The notes under the pieces were generated by a model, which was given only the letters and a program-made list of their open reading frames with translations, did no database searches and was not told where the DNA came from. A stretch of 63,791 nt of DNA, counting the filler, from Phoronis australis (Eukaryota > Animalia > Phoronida), in assembly GCA_002633005.1 (NCBI GenBank). It is 5 parts of 5 records of this genome, joined end to end, with 100 filler letters (N's around TTAATTAATTAA, not from the genome) between each part and the next. Parts side by side here need not be neighbours in the genome. Positions count along the whole stretch, not along the records: positions 1 to 15,289 come from NMRA01000425.1; 4 more parts are not named here. One strand, 5' to 3'. Within the stretch, counting starts at the first letter, position 1; each line of letters begins with the position of its first letter. Position numbers and translations under genes: made by a program. Positions 1 to 12,900 of the stretch are shown piece after piece.

Positions 1-3000
1 CATGTTTAGTCTGATAAATCACATTAGGGATGAGAGAAATTGGGTGAAGTATGACACCACAAAGTTTGGTGGTTTAGGAGATACAAGGGAAGTGTTCTTG
101 GGGGCAAAATGAGGCAATTTCTTGGTGTGGAATGAGTCATTTTTGACCAAATTTTCTACTCTAGTTTCTGATTCAAACAGAATCGTTTCTGAACAATTTT
201 GATATCACATGATAGGTTCATGACCAATGTCAGTAAAAACGGCACCGACACTGCAATATCGGTTACCATGGTAACACTGGAACTGTTTCCGTGGAGGTAC
301 AATTCTTTCTTGTGAAAAACCAACAGTAAGTTGTACCCTTATAGCGAAGCTGCCCCCGCGAGAAAACTAAAAATAATAACATGGACATGTAGAAGACTCC
401 ATGCCCTTGAAATTAATACAATAAAAACTTTGTCAGCCCTTCAGGCAGGCTAGGTAATAGGTGTCTGAATTTCACTATTTTCAGACCGCGTATGTGTATT
501 TGTCATGTTAAACCAGTCACTAGTTGTGCGCCGTTTCTACTCATTACAATTCCGTGGTATAATACAACAATTAAAAGAATTGGTTTGCTTAAATGTTTTT
601 AATTAATTTTAAGGACACTAGCATTTCCCACTAAAATTTTGAAATTATACTAAATTTGTTCATCCAACTCGTCTGAATACTAAACTAAAGCTTACAATGT
701 GTTAGTTGAATGATGGCTGACGTAAAGTGCGGGTTTGCGGTATTTCTACAAATTGCGGAGAGAAACAAATTTGGAAACTCTTGGGAAATGCACAAGGTAT
801 AGAGCGAGACATTTGAGGTGGAACGTGTCCTCCTGAGAAGTAGTCTGTCTCAGTGTCTGCCTCGGAGGCAGGTGTGCAGCAGGAGCTACATAATCTACCG
901 TATTAGATTCACTTGCCCGAATCATCATTACAACACTCGAGATATATTGCTGTCGCCAAAGACTGAGAACATCCACTGCACACTAGAGGAGAAATCTGAT
1001 AGAGCCTGATAGAGGTCTGAAAAATGACCAAAGACGTTAAGTCAAGGTTCAACGCCCTGCTTCGTGTGAGCTCAGGTAGGAATTACTAAACTCCAGGGTC
1101 TGACCCTGAGGAATATTTTTAGAAGCACGTCATTCATGCAAAAATACTTTTATTGTCACACCGTGATTGCTTATTACCTGGGCCTTATTGCTTAAGCATA
1201 TCTTATTCAAACGTGTTGATGTTTATGCAACTACATGTATACATTGGCATAGAAAATAGGTAGTCATCATAACTTTTCATAACAACCACCAAATGTGTAA
1301 CATGACTTCTGCCCTTGAACTACTTTTAGAGACTATCGAGTATGTTATGTTTGCCCATGAATTTCTGCAACTATGAAGTTAAACATGCTAAAGCCGTCAA
1401 AAATATTGGTGCCTTCACTTTAGCTTGGTATTCATATTTTCTGAGCCGAAATGGACACATTAAATTTATTTTTTTCATTAATACAATTTTATCTTATATG
1501 TCAATTGTCATTTTGTGTTTGATTTTACTTTATTTCTGTTTTTGTTGACAAAGGAAGTTATTACATCCGAAAATTTCAAATTTCAGTTGATCCATTCTTG
1601 TTGTTTTATTTACCGGTTTATACAATTTTAGGAATCAGGAAAGGCTTATGCTGAAGAAGTGGCTTCTGCTGAAGTTGGAGACTTGCCGATTATTAGTAAA
1701 GGTTGGGTATGGAAAAGTTCACAACCAGCAAGAAGGTACCCTTCTGGACAACTAAGTGAGGTGGCTAGAGAGAGGCTGTAAAGTTTACTCCCAGAAGATA
1801 TGTCAAAGAGAATTTGTAGCTGGAGGAATGAGTCGGGGAAAAAGTATTTGCCAAAGATTACTGGCTTATACCACAACAGGTCCAAAGTAATTTGTTGAGA
1901 TAGGCCACTCTCAGCAAATGTGGGGAAACTGGGACAGAGGAAGTGGAGTATGCATTGAAAGAGGCAATCTGCGATTGTTAAGGATGTAGCATTGTAAAAA
2001 TTCACAGGTAAGAAACAGTACAGTGGCTGGACCTGTAAATACTCTGGCTGATCTGCTAAATCCAGTGGGGGCATTATTGTATCAGCACAGGAAGTAGGCT
2101 TGGGTGTTGTTGCAAGCTTTGTTTTCACCAGAACTGCCTGTGTGAACAGCACAAATCTGAAATTTACCTAGTCTAAGACTGAGTTTTTCTCCAGGCACGG
2201 ATCGTGATCCGGGGCCACATGGTAATGGTACGTTGTTCATTTTGTTTATCCACTGGATTTTTTGGTCTGACAGGATTTCTCAGTGTGGCCATCACATTTA
2301 TATGATTTCTGACCACTGTACTGTTCCTTTTCCTTGAAGATGCATAATTGATCTGAATTTATGTTTCCGTATTTTATTTACCATAAAAGATTTTTGTTTG
2401 TAAATGGGTATATATTACTGAAATTTGAGACCCTGTTGCAGTTAGGCTGGTTTTGTTAACTTATCTTTCTACCTGGGTTGTAAACCCATATTCTGTCCAG
2501 GAGGTAATAAGTTTTGATTTAGACCATTTACCTCTATAAACTTTGCTCAGTTTGTTCCTTATTCAGATGGGAAATGATTTCTGGAATTATAGCGAATTGA
2601 CAGTTTGCTATTCCTTGAGACCATGCTGTGTGTATAAAATCACACACTATTAGTCTGGTCTCTAGCAATTGCATATTGCCAGATATTTCAAAGTTCTGAA
2701 ATTGCTCAAAAGTGACCTGGAAGTAATATCTATTTCGTGATGGTAAAATGTCTGAATCAAAAGTTGTTTTATGTGATTTTAGGCGAGTTTATGTCCACTT
2801 CAAATGATTTTTTGTTGCAGTACTGAAAAATATTGGCACATTAGCTCTGGTGGCTCCTTGTTTTTTTTTGGCGAATTGACCATTTTATGGTTCCCATGGG
2901 TAATTTTGTTACTGGTCTAGTATGTATGTACAACTGTAATCGTAGGGCAATTGTAATGCAAACCATTGCAAAAGTATTTTTCCATGACCATTTCATTGTA

Positions 3001-4525
3001 AAATGCTGCCTAATTGGAACCGACAAGCCAATTTTTCATTTTGTGGTGGTTAGTTTTGATAAGAACATTGATGTGGTAAATACAGCTACCTCAAGTTTGT
3101 GAAGAAGAGATTTCCAATGTTGTCAGCGATATTGCGAAATCACTTTTTCGCAGTGAGACTACATCACCTTAAATGTAATTCCCTGACTTTATGGGCTTTG
3201 TGTGGTTGACTTTGTCCTGTAGCAATTAGAGTGTTGAAAAGATCTAGAAGGCAATTATTTGTTAAAGTCATAATATTTGCACTTTTGACTGTAGAGTTAT
3301 CTTTGCATTGTATTAGGAAAACATATCTTGTAGTACACAAGTCTCTGGTTGGTATTTTATATTTTTTCACAAGGAATATTTTCAACTTAGATGAGTTGTC
3401 TGTGAGGTAGGCAATTTTCAAATAAGAGAATGAATAAAATTGTCAAACATTGTTTTATTTTTTAGATGTGTGATCTTCCAATAAGTGATTACTTTTAAAA
3501 AACCTGTGCAGAATTTGATTTTTACTCTTCATTTAAAGGAGAATAAATCCATAAACCTGCATTGTCTAGAAATTTTACTCAAACTACNNNNNNNNNNNNN
3601 NNNNNNNNNNNNNNNNNNNNNNNNNNNNNNNNNNNNNNNNNNNNNNNNNNNNNNNNNNNNNNNNNNNNNNNNNNNNNNNNNNNNNNNNNNNNNNNNNNNN
3701 NNNNNNNNNNNNNNNNNNNNNNNNNNNNNNNNNNNNNNNNNNNNNNNNNNNNNNNNNNNNNNNNNNNNNNNNNNNNNNNNNNNNNNNNNNNNNNNNNNNN
3801 NNNNNNNNNNNNNNNNNNNNNNNNNNNNNNNNNNNNNNNNNNNNNNNNNNNNNNNNNNNNNNNNNNNNNNNNNNNNNNNNNNNNNNNNNNNNNNNNNNNN
3901 NNNNNNNNNNNNNNNNNNNNNNNNNNNNNNNNNNNNNNNNNNNNNNNNNNNNNNNNNNNNNNNNNNNNNNNNNNNNNNNNNNNNNNNNNNNNNNNNNNNN
4001 NNNNNNNNNNNNNNNNNNNNNNNNNNNNNNNNNNNNNNNNNNNNNNNNNNNNNNNNNNNNNNNNNNNNNNNNNNNNNNNNNNNNNNNNNNNNNNNNNNNN
4101 NNNNNNNNNNNNNNNNNNNNNNNNNNNNNNNNNNNNNNNNNNNNNNNNNNNNNNNNNNNNNNNNNNNNNNNNNNNNNNNNNNNNNNNNNNNNNNNNNNNN
4201 NNNNNNNNNNNNNNNNNNNNNNNNNNNNNNNNNNNNNNNNNNNNNNNNNNNNNNNNNNNNNNNNNNNNNNNNNNNNNNNNNNNNNNNNNNNNNNNNNNNN
4301 NNNNNNNNNNNNNNNNNNNNGTTAAAACTGGACAGTTTTTGTACCGTGAAAACATGGCTGCGAAACCGTAAAATGTGTTTGAACCTATAACTTTAGAAAA
4401 GCACAATATTTTGAGGAAATATTTTACCGCTGTTTATAGATCCCATAGGACTACATATGTGCCAAATTTGGTGAAAATCGGCTGACCACCACCTTGCCGC
4501 TCATGGTTGGTGCTCTCGTGGACTA
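1..4525. mobile_element. Probable degenerate DNA transposon running off the window start, ending in ...CTCGTGGACTA (Academ-like terminus)
   Basis: The terminus CTCGTGGACTA at 4515-4525 (reverse complement TAGTCCACGAG) resembles Academ ends. Stop-ridden coding-like relics lie at about 700-2150, and an N gap at 3588-4320 interrupts the element. The other end is not visible and the family call is weak. Confidence 0.25.
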
Positions 4526-4834
4526 GTACTTAATGATGACAATGTAGTCACTTGTTAAAACAAGGTGAACGGTGGTTTTAAGTTCTTTAACGAATGCGAG
4601 TGTGTTCAGGGGTGGAGGGTTCGTCTTCTACTGCAGAGGCGAGTTTTAGAGGCACGAATATTACAGAAAAGGAATGATTTCAATTTGATGAACCGAAGTG
4701 CCTCTTTGTCCTAGTTGTCAACGTGGACCAGCTTCTTGCTAGATATATTTTGCAGTTTAGTCAAACTTTATCGCTGTAAAATGGCACTTCTGTTGAGAGT
4801 GTAATCAGATAATGTGCACATAGCTGATAATTGT

Positions 4835-5722
4835 TTAGTTGTGAATGGAGTTACAACGTAATTTGTCGAGATTTCCACACCGATTGTTGTCTACACAGCT
4901 AAAACACGAATGCGTTGCTGTTGGGCTTAAAATCACCTGCACTTGTCCAAGAGAAAGAGGCATACCCACCGTACGTGGTTCCACTCGTTGACTCTTTTCC
5001 AATAGAGATGGTTAGGTCTTTATTGTCGCATTTTGCCGTGAAATATTAGAGAGTTCATACCGTCACGTGATGCCCGTACAGTAGCTTGAGTGTCTTTCCC
5101 GGGAACCATTTTCTCAGCCAAGCTGTGTGGTCTAGTCAGTAGGTTTGAACTAAGAATGGCCCTAATGTCTGAAATTAAATCTTATCATAAAAACAGGAAG
5201 TATATTAATCAACGTTTCCAAGGTAACAGTGCAATTTTTGGTATTGAAATTACAGCCAAACAACGACATGTTAGTTTATGGGATTTTTGTCACACGAACA
5301 GCCAAAAAGGAGTCACTTAAAACCTAAGTAGTTTATTCATCAACAGAGCGAACATAACCGAAAATACCGCAGGTAAGAACAACATACAGTTAACACTTAC
5401 TTAATATAGTGTATACAGTTAATATTTGTTCTAAGATGATGGGATTCTGAAATACGCACAAGCGTTAACTTGGTGATCATAAATCGTATAGAGTGAAAGA
5501 TTTCTTTACCTGAGATGCTCCTGAAAAACACTTGCATTTCTTCAAGATCATGGTTTTTAAAACAGTCGATTGGAAAATCCGGTTGCTTTTTTCATTCTCT
5601 TTCAGTAAAGAGATGACAGATTCTTCAAAAACAGATCTCTTCACCGCAGCCGACGTCGCTTGGAGAGATGCGACTTCATGAAACAGCCCAACGATGACTA
5701 CTAGGAGATTAGAGTTGAACAT
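4835..5722 (-). CDS. Candidate two-exon small secreted Cys-containing prepropeptide (~104 aa)
   Basis: Exon 5722-5510 reads MFNSNLLVVIVGLFHEVASLQATSAAVKR|SVFEES...KKCKCFSGASQ and ends at donor CAG|gtaaag (phase 0). Exon 4936-4835 follows cctctttctcttggacaagtgcag| and reads VILSPTATHSCFSCVDNNRCGNLDKLRCNSIHN*. Hydrophobic N-terminus, a KR site and 6 Cys; no family recognised. Confidence 0.35.
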
Positions 5723-5850
5723 TATTGCTGCTGAGTTTATCGACACGAACACGTGCAGCTGGACCGTTTCACAACACTAACTGGGAACATATGTCCTCAA
5801 CCTCAAATGTAAAACATCACTAGAGCTTGTCAAAATGACAGGAACCTATT

Positions 5851-5876
5851 ATCAATCAATCAATCAATCAATCAAT
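5851..5876 (+). repeat. (ATCA)n microsatellite
   Basis: atcaatcaatcaatcaatcaatcaat. Confidence 0.9.
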
Positions 5877-5943
5877 ATCATTTATTGTACATCGTGGGCA
5901 TTGCCTACACATATACATCAATACACAAATGAATATTCAGAGT

Positions 5944-6323
5944 GTTTCCAAGGACAGTAGTTCTTCTCTTTAAGCAATGGGGACTCAAGAATACCATATC
6001 CACCAGCTTGACGTCAAGAACAAGTCACTATCTTCAGGTTGAGATCCGGCCAATGCCAGCTGCTCTCCCACATGCATCGCCAGAAAATATCTCACACAAA
6101 TGAGTGTCCCCGTGGTACTGGCCCCCATACTCCTGAGTATTTACTGCAGAGCTGTCCTCCCTGTACGTTCGATACTCTAAGGCGCCAGACATGGCCCAGT
6201 TCGGTGGAACTCAAAGCAAAACTGTGGGGCCCGACGGTATCATTGTGGCGATCTGCAGACTTCGCCCAGAGGACCAGACTGACCATTTACGCTAGACGGC
6301 CGGGAACGCTGGAGAACGAGAAG
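5944..6323 (+). mobile_element. 5'-truncated non-LTR retrotransposon (LINE 3' end) with 17-bp TSD
   Basis: Flanked by identical AAATGAATATTCAGAGT at 5927-5943 and 6324-6340. Encodes a LINE ORF2 C-terminal relic (QVTIFRLRSGQCQLLSHMHR...ECPRGTGPHTPEYLLQSCP, a degenerate zinc knuckle) and has a GAGAAG-type tail. Confidence 0.8.
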
Positions 6324-7657
6324 AAATGAATATTCAGAGTATTTACACAGAGAGCAGTTATTTTCTTAAAGCCATGGCCATCTGATTATACAATGCAAGA
6401 CGATGGATACTGTCATGATGTTTCTGTTAAAATAATCCAAAAACAAAGAGTTAATAACATTAACAAGCTGTTGTAGAATTTTTTTTTTCTAAGGCCTAAA
6501 AGAAGAGGCGATCGACACATGAAATTAGGCTCATCTTCAGTTTCACCCTGATTGCGCCGTATATTCGCACACTTCAAGAGATACTCTATCTTAAAGTGGG
6601 TGACCTGAACATAAAAAATGCACAAGTATCCTATGCAACATCCTTTTACAAGGTGAACCTTTGTGATAGTGAAACATCTCCTTCAAGGTGATCCTTTTCT
6701 CTGAGCAGAAACACTGAGATTATGTAAGTTAATGTACATTGTCATGTGTTTAGCTTAACTAGGTCACGCGTTATCTTATCTCCAGAAAAGGAAAGTTCTA
6801 TTGCCCTGTAAGTCGTGACGGTCTTATTCAATTTTCTGGTGTCGGCTGCATAGACATACATATATAAACATTTCAATTTTACTCACCCACTACCCCCATC
6901 ACTTGTGACACCTCTTATATCTGGGTTCTTGACTTCTGTGTGATGGATTTTATACCCAGAGTTCCTGGACAGGTTTGTTTGTGATAGTGTGGGATTTACA
7001 AAGCTCGTGGAAATATTTTCCTAAAAATCATATCCTACTCCACTCTTCGGGTAGTTAACTTCATTGTTTTACCTGAATGCGGACGTTTGATAGTAAAACT
7101 GGGGTAAACCGGTCTTCCTTGCTCCAATTTTACTAAAATTTTTTATAAATCAATTTTGTCCCTTGACCAAAACTATGATGATTAAAAGTATTTTCCAAAC
7201 ACAGAAATACTAACTTGTGGTAAATCGCTCCAGTCATGTTTTTAAAAATTGGCTGCATAACAAATTTTGAAGAAATAAATGGTCGGAGTAAGTTGGTCAT
7301 TTGACATCATTTAAAATTAAAATTATCCTCATTTGCAGCAGTGGGGCAAAGCATTCGATAATGCTACTTTTTGGAAATACAATCTTTTCGTCACTAAAAT
7401 CTGACAGAGTTGTCTCGACATAAGCGGAATTTTCAAAAATGAAATACCTATTCTTTGCTCGTGGGCTTGTAGCCGGTTTCCCAACCCTGTGAACGCTCTG
7501 ACGTCGCTGATAGCGTGTGAGACCAGTCAATCAAGATGGTCAGTGCAGGAGATAAGTGGACTTGAACATGTTATGCTTGATGTCCTTCATGTGTTTGTGC
7601 AAGGTGTCGCTTTTGCCAGCATATTATGAGTTGTTTGGATTGCTTTATTAGTCTTAA

Positions 7658-9267
7658 AGGAGAATGCCACCCGATTTAATTAGTCTTTTTGCCGTATTAA
7701 TCGTTCTATATCCACATCGCCTCGCATACGGTCGACCTTACCTTGCCAAGAGGTGTCGCGTTAACCTGTGATGAAGGTGAGAAACGACGCTAGCTACGTC
7801 AGTGGTTCATATGCAGAGTGAATGCCGCTATGTTGTGGTGCATCGTTCCCGCTAGTCCGAATTAAGCAGCTGCGAGGAAAGCGGGTACATCGTTTTTTTT
7901 ACTTCCTCAAGAGTCCGAAATGCTTAGGAAGTGGCTCATGGTTAGTGAAGAATGAAATGTACGCTGTAAATAGCAAGTATGAGGCCGTGAAACATCTCCG
8001 TGTCTGTGGCCTGCAGACGTCGACAGTGCCTGACGAATGCCGGCTTACCAAATAACTCCATACGTTTCGTTGTCTGAGCTTGTTCACGGCGCCTCTCTAG
8101 TATGTCATCATCACTGTATTCATGTTCGAATTGATAGCCTGTAAAACTTAACGATCCACCTTCGAAGTCGGGACTGATGAGCTCTAGCTCGTCGTAAGTC
8201 GGGATTGCGAGTTGCCATGTTGGCGTTTATTACTGATCACTCTGTTTCAAAATGAATTATTCTCACCCTAACCAATACTTATATAAATCTGAAACAAAGT
8301 CTGTCTCATTAGATGCAATTTTTAATGCCTTTATAGTGTTCGTGAGTGCAAATGATTTGAGAAGCCAGTAATGAATAAATCACTGCGTTACCGGCTTAAG
8401 TGCAATAAAACTAATTGACGGGACACCTAGGCCGTGTGAGCTCATGCTACGAATTTAGTGCTTGCTGGCAGAAACTGTTGTGAAACAACTCGATTTCCAT
8501 CTCACGGCCAGGTGTTAGGGGAATCTTTATTTACATTTACATTACTCAAATAATAATTGTCAATGTACAACTTCTGCCCTGACGGTGCTGTGGCCAAAGC
8601 GGAACCTGAATTCGCGGCCCCCGACGAGTAAGTAGATTTGCAGTTTCGTGACTAATTCACCAACATTATCAGGTGCACAGACTAGTATAGTATTTTCTTG
8701 ACTGGAAGTTTAGTTTCCACTGAACTTTGGCTGGTTTATGTTCGTGATGTCTGATCAGTTTCCGAGCCACTGGCCGGGATAACGAGTGTTTTGTGTTTAG
8801 AACTCAAAAAAATCACAAGTCTAAACAACATAGATCTAGGTTCTCCTGTCTGTATCTCACGGAAAATACTTCGAAATTATCTCCGAACAGACCTCAAACT
8901 CCTGCTACAGACCTTATTGGCCTGCTGAACTTTGTAGGCTGCGATGTATCCAAATACCAATAAATCCGTAAGAGCAAAATAAAACAACACGTTTTTATAA
9001 GAACTCGGTGTATTTTTAATGGTTTTACATCGAAGTTTGATGATTTATTGGTGTTAAACGATGACTTCAAGCGATAAGCTGACACCAGTAACCCGTGTTG
9101 TGAACTGCTGAACAGACTGCGTGTGAAACCGATGACGTCATTGGATAATTTCAACACCTCCGTCTACCGTCAGGTGTCAGGTAACGCAACCGTACGTGTT
9201 GTTATGGAGTAGAACTATTCGATCTAAATTGATACAAATTAGGTTGTTTTTTGGGTGGCATGCTCCT
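7658..9267. mobile_element. Non-autonomous Kolobok-type DNA transposon, copy 1
   Basis: TTAA at 7654-7657 and 9268-9271; TIRs AGGAGAATGCCACCC...GGGTGGCATGCTCCT; near-identical inverted copy at 10601-12279. Confidence 0.85.
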
Positions 9268-9951
9268 TTAAGTTGTGCTTAACGTTCATTCTCCTCCCAC
9301 CAGGAAATCATTTACAATGGAAAGTCGGATATTTGTCGCAGGTTAAATACATGTATCAAAACTCTGAGGTGGGAGACAGAATACAGGTTTGATTGCAGGG
9401 TCTTTATCAGTGTCCGGCTTTAAACAGCAGATGCTCTTTTCACATCGTTTTAATTACATACTTCATGAAAGTGGTCTTAAACCTAAAATGACTGCCACAA
9501 TGGAATGCTACTGAACTTCAAACACTATGGAAATAAAGAAAAAATGTCCAATTGAAACGCGATTTACCATTGATTACACTTGGTAACAGAAAACAAGTCC
9601 AAATGTTGGGTGTATAGACAGATTGGTTTTGAATAAAAGGCGTTATTCCATTGTCTTCTAGTTGTTCAAGAAGAAATTTAGACAAAAGGTACAAGATGGC
9701 AGTTACGCCATTCCAAAAACAACAATTTTTTTTTAACGGATTTTAACAACAAATCTTTTCAAGTCTTGTTTTATGTATTTGGGAACAGTGTACAATGAGT
9801 CAAATCACAATACGTTTAAAATATCGACCTCATAGACATTATTTACACAATCGCCATTTTAAAAGTGAACCTCTTTTAGGTTCATAAAACAATGGATTCA
9901 AGACATAAATATTAATGACGCTTGCGAAAAAAATTATCCTTTGGACTGTGA

Positions 9952-12900
9952 TTAAGTGCGGAACGCCTCAGTTTTAAAACCTAAAAGGAGGCTCACCTTT
10001 GAAATGGCGACTGCGTAAATAAGGTGTATTCCCAGTGAAATTAAAAAGGCTTTGTTGCTACCATGGCTGTACAAATTGAGCTCTATTGTACAAAATTCGC
10101 GTAGAATCAGAGTATAGACAACACCTTTATCAACAATAGCTGGTAGTAAATACCTGGCATAAAAACTATCTAACTTAATCTGCTTAGAATTAAAAAATGC
10201 CTCATCAAAATATACACGTTCTAAGTGAAAGTCATTTCTTGCTAAGACGTAGAAGTCACACCATGTTTCACCTGTAATACCGAGTTGACCGATACATTGT
10301 TCGTAGTACTTATGATTTGTTCTTAGTTCCAAACCATTTTCTCCGGCTTTCAAATAATTTAACTCCGTCACGCTGTCTTTTTTTCGTACACTTTATTCCA
10401 AGAAGTCCCCATTTGGGATTAGAGTCGGGGTCGTAGACGCGCCTGTCTGGACTGCATCCTAAATGAGGGACTGATGGGTTTATTATGAAACCGACTTCAT
10501 GTATGTCATTGCCAAAATCTGGTGCATAATTAGCAGCAGCAACAGCTTCATTGTCAATGCCAAACTGCATCGCCTCTGTGACAACAGTCTTTTTCTTTAA
10601 AGGAGCATGCCACCCAAAAAACCTAATTTGTATCAATTTAGATCGAGTAGTTCTATTCCATAACGACACGTACGGTTTCGTTACCTGACACCTGACGGCA
10701 GACGGAGGTGTTGAAATTATCCAATGACGTCGTCGGTTTCACACGCAGTCTGTTCAGCAGTTCACAACACGGGTTACTGGTGTCAGCTTATCGCTTGAAG
10801 TCATCGTTTAACACCCATAAATCATCAAACTTCGATGTAAAACCCTTGAAAATACACCGAGTTCTTATAAAAACGTGTTGTTTTATTTCGCTCTTACGGA
10901 TTTATTATTATTTGGACACACCGTATCCTACAAAGTTCGGCAGGCCAATAAGGTCCGTAGCAGGAGTTTGGGGTCTGTTCCCGGAGATAATTTCGAAGTA
11001 TTTTCCGTGAGATCCAGACAGGAGAACCCCTGTGTTGTTTAGCCTTGTGATTTTTTTAGTTCTAACCACAAAACGCTTGTTATCCTGGCCATTGGCTCGG
11101 AGCCCGATCAGGCCCGTCGCGGCCGGCCTGATTGACTCCGCTGTTATCCCGGCCAGGTGCTCGGAAACTGATCAGACATCACGAACATAAACCAGCCAAA
11201 GTTCAGCGGAAACTAAACTTCCAGTCAAGAAAATACTATACTAGTGAGCCAAAGTAATGTGCACGTGATAATGTTGATGAATTAGCCACGAAACTGCAAA
11301 TCTACTAACTCGTCGGGGGCCGCGAATTCAGGTTCCGCTTTGGCCACAGCACCGTCAGGGCAGAAGTAGTACATTGACAATCATTATTTGAGTAATGTAA
11401 ATGTAAATAAAGATTCCACTAACACCTGGCCGTGGCCGGGATGGAAATCGAGTTGTTTCACAACAGTTTCTGCTAGCAAACACTAAATTAGCATGAGCTC
11501 ACGCGGCCTCGGTGTCCCGTCAATCAGTTTTATTGCACGTAAAGCCGGTAACGCAGTGATTTATTCATTGCTGGCTTCTAAAATCATTTGCACTCACTAA
11601 CACTCCAAAGGCATTGCAAATTGCATCTAATGAGACAGACTTTGTTTCAGTTTTATATAAGTATTGGTTAGGGTGAGAATAACTCATTTTGAAACAGAAC
11701 GCTCAGTAGTAACGCCAACATGGCAACTCGCAATCCCGACTGACTTAGGACGAGCTAGAGATCATCAGTCCCGACTTTGCAGGTGGATCGTTGAGTTTTA
11801 CAGGCTATGAATTAGAACAGGAATACAGTGATGAAGAAATACTAGAGAGGCGCCGTGAACAAGCTCAGACAACGGAACGTATGGAGTTATTTTGTAAGCA
11901 TTTGTCAGGCACTGTCGACGTCTGCAGGCCACAGACAAGGAGATGTTTCACGGCCTCATACTTGCTATTTACAGCGTACATTTCATTCTTCACTACCATG
12001 AACCACTTCCTAATCATTTCGGACTCTCGAGTAAGTAAAAAAACGATATACCCCCTTTCCTCGCAGCTGCTTAGTTCGGACAAGCGGGAACGATGCACCG
12101 CAACATAGCGGCATTCACTCTGCATATGAACCACTGACGTCGCTAGCGTCGTTTCGCACCTTCCTCACAGGTTAACGCGACACCTCTTGGCAAGGTAAGG
12201 TCGACCGTATGCGAGGCGATATGAATATAGACCGATTAAGATGGCAAAAAAGACTAATATAATCGGGTGGCATTCTCCTTTAAAAGGTCCACAGCAAGAG
12301 CTTCAAAGTGGCCTCTCCTTGACGTTATGGCCTTGAAATTGAAAGCCGTTATCCGATGCCTTCTTAACTGATACCACTCTTGGCATTTATTTTGCGCTCT
12401 GGAGTCTTTTTCATACTGTTGTGATTCAATTATAGACGTTTCTTTCGATTGGAAGATTACTTGCTGATCAACAGGAAGTGAATGCGGATCACAATGTAAT
12501 GTTAACGCAGGCAAACTGAAGGCAGGAGGGGTCTCTGGTCCAAACAAAACACAAACTTGATCAGGCTTCTCCTGATAAGACAGCATAGACCCCTTTGGTG
12601 CTTGACCAAATTTATTATCTACCAAGGTCATGTCTTCCATTAGACTCGACAGGTGCACCCACTGTGGTGGTGCAGATTGTGCATTAAATGCAGGCAATAG
12701 TTGCTGAACTGTGTGCTGAACATCACTGAGTGGCACTGGCATTGGGGAGTGGATCTACAGCAGATGGGATAACTGGTTTTATAACCGTCACATCCGTCAC
12801 AGGGCGGGTAGCAAAACCATGTGTTCGTGGGGGGACGTGCCAGTGTTGAGGGGTAGATGTGGATGAAATAATTTCAGGCACCTTGTTGATCTGGAGTTGT

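Noticed and set aside
3485-4406. Long ORFs across N runs (also 56427-57036)
   Set aside because: Artefacts of translating N.
7658-12279. A single element with 1.6-kb TIRs enclosing a YqaJ nuclease
   Set aside because: Each arm has its own short TIRs and TTAA TSD, and arm 2 interrupts the YqaJ frame, so these are two separate insertions.
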